Source: Candidatus Saccharimonadota bacterium (GTDB taxonomy: Bacteria > Patescibacteriota > Microgenomatia > UBA1406 > GWC2-37-13). Taken from it: DNA of 32,000 bases. A program made the position numbers and the translations under genes. The notes under the pieces are model-generated. The model worked only from the letters and a program-made list of their open reading frames with translations. It was not told where the DNA came from and did not search any database. Position 1 is the first letter of the stretch, and each line of letters starts with the position of its first letter. The stretch is from the NCBI GenBank assembly GCA_001790095.1, contig MGBH01000001.1, forward strand, positions 780,001 to 812,000. Reading direction: 5' to 3'. Of this stretch, positions 8,179 to 14,919 are shown one piece after another.

Positions 8179-9972
8179 TTAGTTTCCTACCCTCCCAAAA
8201 TTTTTACCCAGTATACCAAGGTCAAAGATATCAATCTTTCCATCAAGATTAAAGTCAGCGTTTGGCTCACTTGGCATTGGTACCACCATATAACCTACTA
8301 CTATTTTCTGCAGGTCTGCTACATCTATCTTGTTGTAGCTTCCTGATGGTATCGTACCATTGGTGCCATCGTTAAATCCATCGCTATCTCCTCCATAAAG
8401 CGGACTTAAGTGTGAATCCTTTAAGCTTCCACATTCATTATCCGGCACATTTTTTGCACAATCAATAGTCTGACCGACGTGTAAAGTGACAGTAAACGCA
8501 CGACGGATGGTATGCAACTGCTTAATAAGTACAGTATATTGAATTCCGCCCACAACATCAAGTTCGACCGGAGTAAGGGTTTTAAAAGTATCTGTCCCGG
8601 TTATACGTTGTAGGCTCGTCATTGCTCTGATTGAAGAGTTGCCGCTCACCTGTATTCTCACGTTGGAAACAGAACCAATACTTGTTGGAATATCAGGCAT
8701 ACGTACTTTAAATAAAAGGTTTGCTTTTGTAGGCGATCCTGTTGGGATAGGGGTCGCTGTTGGAAAATTATAAGGAGTAGCTGTAGGAACACGAGTGACA
8801 GTTGGAGTAGGTGGTGTTGTGGGAACACGAGTGACAGTTGGAGTAGGTGGTGTTGTGGGAACACGAGTGACAGTTGGAGTAGGTACTCCACACGAAATAA
8901 TTCCATTTACAACAGTTGCCTGACATTCTCTCGTATTATTATTTTCATTGTTTTCTCTGACCGTATTGAATTTATCAACCCAAACATATATTAAATGCTG
9001 TCCTTCAGTTAAAGATACGGTTTTTGAATAAGTAAAAGTTCCTCCAGGATTTAATGCTACTCCAAAATAGGTACTGAATCTATCTGGTGTTCTAATTGTA
9101 GGAGGATAATCAACCGGATCAACATATCCATGGAGATAGAAGTTTCTAGCAAGACTTTGTCCGTTATTTCTTACTTTGACACTGATAGTGTAGTTAGATG
9201 ATCCTTGAGAAGAGGTGACAATCGGATCAATGGTCAGATCGGGCAAAGATTCTGGAGTAGGAGTAGGAGGTGATGTTGGGACACGAGTGGCAGTTGGAGT
9301 AGGTGGTGTTGTGGTAAGAGTTGGAGTAATGTTACGAATAGGTATAATAATATTTGCATTGATTGGAGTTAACGAAAAAATATTTGTATTTATATTGGGT
9401 CCAACGATCATCGAAGAGCCTGTGTTGATGCGCAGTGTCGTATTTGAAAAAGCAGTACTCATCGTTGTACGAGTTTTAAAACGAAGCCGTACGGTTGCAG
9501 TTCCTTTTAAACTAGAGTTTGCCCGTTTTGCTACCATAACCAGCCTGTCCAGCTTTCTTGACCCATCAGGCCTTGTACTATATTGAAGCCGCACTGTCTC
9601 ATCAAACGATTTGACAGTTGGGTTTTCCAAGGGAAAAGTGGCATCGGGTAATATAAAATCAAGGGCGTCTTCAGGATTTTCAAAAACAAGATCAAGGGCT
9701 GAAATTTTGTTGCTGTTATTTGCCGTCATAGTAATCCCTATAGCAAAAACCGCTCCTTTTTCAATTATCCCCACTGTATTGTTTGAGAGGGAAAGTGTCA
9801 CGATACCTGATCCACTCGCCTTTGTTTTAACACCCATGTTATTATAGATAACATAGGCGAAAAATCCAATGCTTGCGAAAAGAACGACAAAAATGAGGAT
9901 TCGTTTCGATAAAATACGTAGATCCATATTTATCATTAATAATAATGAAAGAAAGCTATCTTTGCAAGACAT
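8179..9972 (-). CDS. Surface protein: cohesin-like module, CARDB-like domain, Thr/Pro linkers, C-terminal dockerin
   Basis: CARDB-like segment PDLTIDPIVTSS..YTISVKVRNNGQSLARNFYLHGYVD...VWVDKFNTVRENNENNN. Triple PTPTVTRVPTTP linker. Dockerin-like segments GGDSDGFNDGTNG..IDVADLQKIVVGY and ADFNLDGKIDIFDLGILGKNFG. Its ATG directly abuts the PMT stop as TAAATG. Confidence 0.65.
   Translation of the reverse strand: MSCKDSFLSLLLMINMDLRILSKRILIFVVLFASIGFFAYVIYNNMGVKTKASGSGIVTLSLSNNTVGIIEKGAVFAIGITMTANNSNKISALDLVFENPEDALDFILPDATFPLENPTVKSFDETVRLQYSTRPDGSRKLDRLVMVAKRANSSLKGTATVRLRFKTRTTMSTAFSNTTLRINTGSSMIVGPNINTNIFSLTPINANIIIPIRNITPTLTTTPPTPTATRVPTSPPTPTPESLPDLTIDPIVTSSQGSSNYTISVKVRNNGQSLARNFYLHGYVDPVDYPPTIRTPDRFSTYFGVALNPGGTFTYSKTVSLTEGQHLIYVWVDKFNTVRENNENNNTRECQATVVNGIISCGVPTPTVTRVPTTPPTPTVTRVPTTPPTPTVTRVPTATPYNFPTATPIPTGSPTKANLLFKVRMPDIPTSIGSVSNVRIQVSGNSSIRAMTSLQRITGTDTFKTLTPVELDVVGGIQYTVLIKQLHTIRRAFTVTLHVGQTIDCAKNVPDNECGSLKDSHLSPLYGGDSDGFNDGTNGTIPSGSYNKIDVADLQKIVVGYMVVPMPSEPNADFNLDGKIDIFDLGILGKNFGRVGN
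8786..8884 (-). repeat. 36-bp in-frame tandem repeat (2.75 copies) encoding the PTPTVTRVPTTP linker
   Basis: The unit ggaacacgagtgacagttggagtaggtggtgttgtg occurs at 8786-8821, 8822-8857 and 8858-8884 (partial). A diverged copy lies at about 9281-9316. Confidence 0.9.
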
Positions 9973-11418
9973 TTATACCGGCTCCAAACCCCACCAAGGC
10001 AACCAATTCCGAAGCTGAAAAGCAGACTTAGACAAAGGATAATAATAGGTAAGCGGACTAAAGAAAATATATACTGCTACTACAAATCCAAAAATGATCA
10101 AAACTGCTACATAAAATTTCGTATTGTTCTTTTTCAATTTCTCCTCAAACAGATACTCCAGCATCATAAATGCAAGTATCAAACTTAAAATAAGCGGAAT
10201 AAAGTAATGATACAGATACATCACTCTTTCCAGACTCAGCATTGCACCCATGTAGATGATATAAAGTAAAACAAACGATAAAATGCAAAAAAATAATCGT
10301 TTATTTTTGATAGGGGTTTTAAATGCCAAGTGGGATACGACCAAGTTGACAGCAAAGAATATTCCCATAATTCCAATGAGCCAAATCATCGGATTACCCT
10401 GTAAATATAAATATCTTACACTCTCCCCATCTCTTTCCCAACGATAATTGATTGATTTGTTGCCAAATGGCCAAGCCACAGGAAGACTACCATTTTCTCC
10501 TGGCTTACATGCATCGTATTTTGGTACTCCTTTTTCATAATGGGAGATAAATCCCAAGTGCTCGCCCAATTGAAGAGGAAAAGTCGCAGGGTTTGATGAT
10601 CGTCCTCGCTTCAATAAGGCTCTATAGACATCTGATGCCTGAGAATATCTTTCCTCAAGAGGAGATTTGGCAAGTATGAAATGCAGACAATACACATTGA
10701 CAAAAACAATAATCGATGCAAGGACAAAAAGTGCAATTTTCACAATGATCTCACTCCATCGTATTGTTTTATGATACTCCCACACAAGAAGAATGATTAG
10801 TATCAAACCCAGTATCGCGCCGTTTAACTTAATCGAAATGACCGCCCCATACAATAATCCCAAAACTACATATGATGGAAAAGTGTTCTTATGCAAGGAA
10901 GAGCTTACCAACCAAAAAAAATAAAGTAAAAACAAAAGTATGAAAAATATCTGCGTTCCCTCAAGCATCGCCCCCCTGCTATGGACAATGATGGCGTTTT
11001 CAAAAAGATATACAGATGTAAATAAAAATGATAATGCAGGCTTATGCGACAATATATATAAAATGAGAAAAAAAAGAAGGGTACTTAGGAAAGCAAAAAA
11101 TGTCGGAAAAAATCTAACCCCTTTAAATGAATACCCTTGAGGAATGTCTTTAATATAGTCGGCCGTGAGAAAAGAAGATGTGTCAATTTGATCGTTCGGA
11201 TGTAATATATATTCTCCAAGAGCAATAAACATCTTACCGAGCGGGGGGTGTGGCTCCATAAAAAAAACTCCGTTCAAGTATTTTTGAGCAGATGCGATGT
11301 GATAGTTTTCATCCCAAAAAAGATTGGGAGGGTAAGAATAATTACGAAAATAAGTAAAATATGAAATGATGAGAATAAGAAAACTAAAAAGAATCAGCTG
11401 GGTTTTCTTATGCATCAT
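9973..11418 (-). CDS. PMT-family (GT39) protein O-mannosyltransferase-like polytopic membrane glycosyltransferase
   Basis: Loop-1 motif LFWDENYHIASAQKYL...FFMEPHPPLGKMFIALG matches the PMT D-E and HPPLGK signature. It is followed by many TM helices. Confidence 0.75.
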   Translation of the reverse strand: MMHKKTQLILFSFLILIISYFTYFRNYSYPPNLFWDENYHIASAQKYLNGVFFMEPHPPLGKMFIALGEYILHPNDQIDTSSFLTADYIKDIPQGYSFKGVRFFPTFFAFLSTLLFFLILYILSHKPALSFLFTSVYLFENAIIVHSRGAMLEGTQIFFILLFLLYFFWLVSSSLHKNTFPSYVVLGLLYGAVISIKLNGAILGLILIILLVWEYHKTIRWSEIIVKIALFVLASIIVFVNVYCLHFILAKSPLEERYSQASDVYRALLKRGRSSNPATFPLQLGEHLGFISHYEKGVPKYDACKPGENGSLPVAWPFGNKSINYRWERDGESVRYLYLQGNPMIWLIGIMGIFFAVNLVVSHLAFKTPIKNKRLFFCILSFVLLYIIYMGAMLSLERVMYLYHYFIPLILSLILAFMMLEYLFEEKLKKNNTKFYVAVLIIFGFVVAVYIFFSPLTYYYPLSKSAFQLRNWLPWWGLEPV

Positions 11419-11456
11419 TTATCTATGATATCACCAATAAACTTAAATTACAAAAC

Positions 11457-11753
11457 TCAAATAACTCTCAGTAGTCTAAAGAGCGCAAAGCTTATGAAGT
11501 AGAAAAGCACGATCTGGAAAAAAGGAAGATATAGAGTCAAGAAAATTGTAACAATCGCAAGGATAAAAAAAGCTTCATTGTGGATAGCCGGTAATAGTCC
11601 CTTGGTAAGCAACATCAGAATAATGAGGGTGAGAAGGATGCGGGGGTTAAACCAAATAAGTGGCCAACCGAAAAACATGGCAACTCCTATAAGGATAGCC
11701 GCCAGTATAAGAAATATTTCTTTTGTATCAAAATAAAATGGACCGAGATACAT
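11457..11753 (-). CDS. Small polytopic membrane protein (hypothetical)
   Basis: About 98 aa, almost entirely hydrophobic helices. The track's TTG start at 11789 is the TTGACA -35 box, and the ATG at 11753 (MYLGPFYF) fits the promoter geometry. Confidence 0.5.
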   Translation of the reverse strand: MYLGPFYFDTKEIFLILAAILIGVAMFFGWPLIWFNPRILLTLIILMLLTKGLLPAIHNEAFFILAIVTIFLTLYLPFFQIVLFYFISFALFRLLRVI

Positions 11754-11760
11754 ATTATTA

Positions 11761-11789
11761 AATTTAGAATGTTTGAACTTAAATGTCAA
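11761..11789 (-). promoter_or_regulatory. Internal promoter-like element
   Basis: On the minus strand: TTGACA (11789-11784), N17, TAAATT (11766-11761), N7, ATG at 11753. Confidence 0.4.
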
Positions 11790-11801
11790 ATGATAAAGAT
11801 A

Positions 11802-12191
11802 TTATCTCTTTAGAATTTCCACTCCCTCCGGCACCACATATACTACTTCTTCCGATTTGTCACCTTTTTTTTCTTTTATGGATTTCTTTACCCAGTTCAC
11901 TTTACTCATATCGTAGTCCATTACATATACGTTTTCTTTACTTTTTGCCTGTACACCTTTTGCGATGCTTTGAAAGGGTATTTGAACAAGTTCTTGTTTT
12001 GTCTTTTCTGTCTGACCTTCCTGCGTTTTGACTAATTTTAATTTGGATGCAATATACTTGACCAAGTTAGGCCTCATCGTGGGTGAATTGTTTGGAAAAA
12101 CTATTTTATGAAGCAATATACTGATCATAAAAGCACAAAATAAAGTAAATATAATCTTAATATATTTAATTATTTTATCTTTTATACTCAT
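11802..12191 (-). CDS. Small N-terminally anchored protein (hypothetical)
   Basis: TM segment IIFTLFCAFMISILL followed by a K/E-rich soluble part. Only a 1-nt gap separates it from the upstream gene. Confidence 0.45.
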   Translation of the reverse strand: MSIKDKIIKYIKIIFTLFCAFMISILLHKIVFPNNSPTMRPNLVKYIASKLKLVKTQEGQTEKTKQELVQIPFQSIAKGVQAKSKENVYVMDYDMSKVNWVKKSIKEKKGDKSEEVVYVVPEGVEILKR

Positions 12192-12192
12192 A

Positions 12193-14178
12193 TTATTCGT
12201 TTGAGTTAATGGTTAAATCGATGGTCGAATTTCCTAGACTTGTGTCACCTTCTATTATTTGTGATGGTAACATCATTGATGTTCCCCCCCCTGTCATATA
12301 AGTAAGTTGTGCTTGAATCCTTTTTCCAGCCAAACTTGTACACCACGGGATAGTAAATGTTTTCTCCGTAGCTGAGCCTATATTTTTTACATCTACGTTC
12401 GTATAGGCAGTACTGTAGACTGTTTCATTATCGCCTCGTAAATCATTTCGAAACAGATCTACTCTTATTGAGTTTTCTTGAATGTTATTCCGATAAAGAG
12501 AACAGAAAAAACCATTGTATATACAATCATTTTGAGGAACACTACCTTGCATCCTACCTGTATAGACAATATTCAGATTTACATCCATATTGTAACCCGT
12601 ACTGTTATCCCGAATATCTGCAGAACTACAACCGCCTGGGGTATTTACGACAGTAGGATTTGCACCGCCAGAGCCAACAGCTACAATCGGTAAATAGGCC
12701 CTATAGGTCGCCGATGTAGTTGGAACTACTTTCCAGTATAAATCAATATAACCACGATCATAGTCTGCTGGCATATTGGGGATTGTTCCGCTCACCGTAT
12801 TTCCATCAGTATAGGTACCACCGGTATGACATGTAACGTTGTTTTCGCATTTTGAATATTGACATGCATAACCTGTCGGAGCAGTACAAGTTGCTGTATA
12901 TGAATCTCCTACTACAAAACTAGAGACACCATATGGAGCGTTGTGTTGTGATAGACTAAATGTCTGTTGGTCTACGCCATTATTTTTTACATTAATTTGA
13001 ACTGCGGAAGGTAGAGTAACTCCATCTTCAAGAATCAACCTTCCTTGAACCATCCCTGGTGGAGCTGTATCTCCAATAAGAGTCACCACTATTCCTCCGT
13101 CTAAAGTACAACTGCTTATTCTTTGATAGTTTGGTGATGATTTCCATTGACCATTTTCGTCTAAAACATATACATAACAATCACTGGGTATGCTTGTACC
13201 GTTAGGATATGTATGGGTTAGAGTAAATGCTCCATATGTCGTCCTTGTCTCGCTAATCTGTTGATAGTCTGCATTGGTGATACCAACTCGCCAATTATGG
13301 GGATTACCCGAAAGAGTACCTGTAATATTATATGATCTTGAAGCAGTAACTGGACAACACCATCCATTATTACATGTCCCGACAGCACATGTGTCTCCAC
13401 TACATGCATCACCTATATATTCTCCCCCTCCATCCGTACATGGAGATGCTGGAGCCGAAGATGCCTCAACATATTTACAACATTTTCCATAGTCCTCACC
13501 ATCTATACACCATCCTTTTTCAGTTCTGCTGTAATCACACTCCCTATTTATAACACAGTCGTTTTCTCTACAGGTATCTGAGATGGCGGGATGTGTGGGA
13601 GTAGGAGCACTTGTAGGTGATGGAGTCACAATCGGAATACAACATCGATATTCATCCTCACCTCCTGGCTTATCAATACAATATCCACTAACCCTTCCCA
13701 CAAGACAATCTCCACTGTTAGAGGTACAATTGCCCGGTCGTGAGCAATCTAATTCATCTGGCGACAATGTGGGTACTAGTGTTAGTCCTGTTTGAGTCGG
13801 TGCCGGAACTTCAGTTGGAGTTGGGGTTGAAGTTGGAATCCCTGTATAACGTTTGATTGATCTACACATGTTGCGTGGGCCTTCATCTCCCCATTGTTTT
13901 TTCTCTCCGTCATAATAATAATTATTGCCTTCATAATGAAGACATCCATACGAAAATTCAGTTGAACTTATTGCGGTACAATTAAGACAACCAGATTCTT
14001 CATCATCACATGTGGTAAAACACCATTTTGTTGGGTCATATACTATACCAGCAGCGCGCGATCCTGTCGTCTTTTTGTCTTTAAGAAATACTGACGACAC
14101 TGCAGCAGTAATGGTGATAACAAGAAGAGTACCTATAGTAAGAATAGTTGCGATCTCCGCTCGTTCGTGTTGTCTCAT
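12193..14178 (-). CDS. Membrane-anchored/secreted Cys-rich modular protein (hypothetical)
   Basis: N-terminal TM segment ATILTIGTLLVITITAAVSSVFL. Three Cys-rich modules each end in CC and are separated by Thr/Pro linkers. A large C-terminal beta-rich region follows. Confidence 0.6.
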   Translation of the reverse strand: MRQHERAEIATILTIGTLLVITITAAVSSVFLKDKKTTGSRAAGIVYDPTKWCFTTCDDEESGCLNCTAISSTEFSYGCLHYEGNNYYYDGEKKQWGDEGPRNMCRSIKRYTGIPTSTPTPTEVPAPTQTGLTLVPTLSPDELDCSRPGNCTSNSGDCLVGRVSGYCIDKPGGEDEYRCCIPIVTPSPTSAPTPTHPAISDTCRENDCVINRECDYSRTEKGWCIDGEDYGKCCKYVEASSAPASPCTDGGGEYIGDACSGDTCAVGTCNNGWCCPVTASRSYNITGTLSGNPHNWRVGITNADYQQISETRTTYGAFTLTHTYPNGTSIPSDCYVYVLDENGQWKSSPNYQRISSCTLDGGIVVTLIGDTAPPGMVQGRLILEDGVTLPSAVQINVKNNGVDQQTFSLSQHNAPYGVSSFVVGDSYTATCTAPTGYACQYSKCENNVTCHTGGTYTDGNTVSGTIPNMPADYDRGYIDLYWKVVPTTSATYRAYLPIVAVGSGGANPTVVNTPGGCSSADIRDNSTGYNMDVNLNIVYTGRMQGSVPQNDCIYNGFFCSLYRNNIQENSIRVDLFRNDLRGDNETVYSTAYTNVDVKNIGSATEKTFTIPWCTSLAGKRIQAQLTYMTGGGTSMMLPSQIIEGDTSLGNSTIDLTINSNE

Positions 14179-14188
14179 GGATATTAAA

Positions 14189-14217
14189 AATATAACAGAG
14201 AGAGAAATATATTACAA
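14189..14217 (-). promoter_or_regulatory. Promoter-like element for the surface-protein operon
   Basis: On the minus strand: TTGTAA (14217-14212), N17, TATATT (14194-14189), N10, ATG at 14178. Confidence 0.45.
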
Positions 14218-14248
14218 TTATTTATTGCAAATATAAAATATTTAATAT

Positions 14249-14277
14249 TTGACATTTGGCATTTGACTTTTTATAAT
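14249..14277 (+). promoter_or_regulatory. Consensus sigma70-type promoter for the HTH gene
   Basis: TTGACA (14249-14254), N17, TATAAT (14272-14277), N10, ATG at 14288. Confidence 0.6.
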
Positions 14278-14287
14278 AGAGCATACT

Positions 14288-14512
14288 ATGTCTCTCAAAA
14301 ACAAACTCGTAACAAAAGTATCACTTTCCGACCTACCCGATCTTCTGACCATTCGTGAAGTAGCAGGCCTTCTGCGAGTAAGTTCTCTTACTATCAAACG
14401 TTGGGGTAAAAAAGGTAAACTTCCAGCTATTCGCATAAACTCCCGCGGTGACCGCCGTTATAAAAAAGCGGTAGTACTCAAACTTCTTGGAGAGATAACT
14501 GAAGGAGTATAA
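14288..14512 (+). CDS. Excisionase/MerR-type helix-turn-helix DNA-binding protein
   Basis: LLTIREVAGLLRVSSLTIKRWGKKGKLPAIRI is a typical excisionase-family HTH. The gene is preceded by a consensus promoter. Confidence 0.7.
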   Translation: MSLKNKLVTKVSLSDLPDLLTIREVAGLLRVSSLTIKRWGKKGKLPAIRINSRGDRRYKKAVVLKLLGEITEGV

Positions 14513-14523
14513 AAAGAATCTGA

Positions 14524-14904
14524 CTACTTTGTAATCCATCCTCCGATATTTTTTATTATGTTCCAAATAAACCTAAATGGAGAAGTGAGAGAAGACCATG
14601 TCTGTTTTGCAATCTGGGTTATTTGAGTAAGGGAGATTTGCTTTCCTTGTTTTACAACGGGTGTATCATATCCCGTTGCCTCATCTCCAGGTCCTGCTAT
14701 AGGTTCAGGCACCGCTTGACTACTAGCTTTTGCTTCCTCAAGCATCTGCATGGCTTGTTGCATTGCCTGTTGCTCTGCCAATGAAGACGCTTGATCTGGA
14801 ACATCATGAGGTGGTTGTTCAACAGGAAGAGCCTCCTGGATCTCTGAGGGTCGATCTTGTTCAGATTGCGGAGGTAATGAAAAAGTCTCTGCTGTGTCTA
14901 CCAT
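14524..14904 (-). CDS. Acidic Q/E/P-rich 126-aa protein with hydrophobic/amphipathic C-terminus (hypothetical), last gene of the cassette operon
   Basis: The ORF starts 15 nt after the P1 stop. It has a low-complexity acidic N-terminus and a C-terminus FRFIWNIIKNIGGWITK. Confidence 0.45.
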   Translation of the reverse strand: MVDTAETFSLPPQSEQDRPSEIQEALPVEQPPHDVPDQASSLAEQQAMQQAMQMLEEAKASSQAVPEPIAGPGDEATGYDTPVVKQGKQISLTQITQIAKQTWSSLTSPFRFIWNIIKNIGGWITK

Positions 14905-14919
14905 ATATAGAGTATTATA

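Noticed and set aside
8786-8884. Possible CRISPR-like repeat array
   Set aside because: The repeats are directly tandem with no spacers, are in frame, and encode a Thr/Pro linker. No cas genes are present.
8658-8906. The 82-aa ORF with LLQLSLVFPQHH repeats, and the 9215-9586 plus-strand GVGVGG ORF
   Set aside because: These are other-frame or antisense readings of the 36-bp PT-linker repeat inside the 597-aa surface gene.
2703-9972. Calling the cohesin-dockerin cluster a cellulosome
   Set aside because: No glycoside-hydrolase catalytic domain or signature is recognisable in any dockerin-bearing protein.
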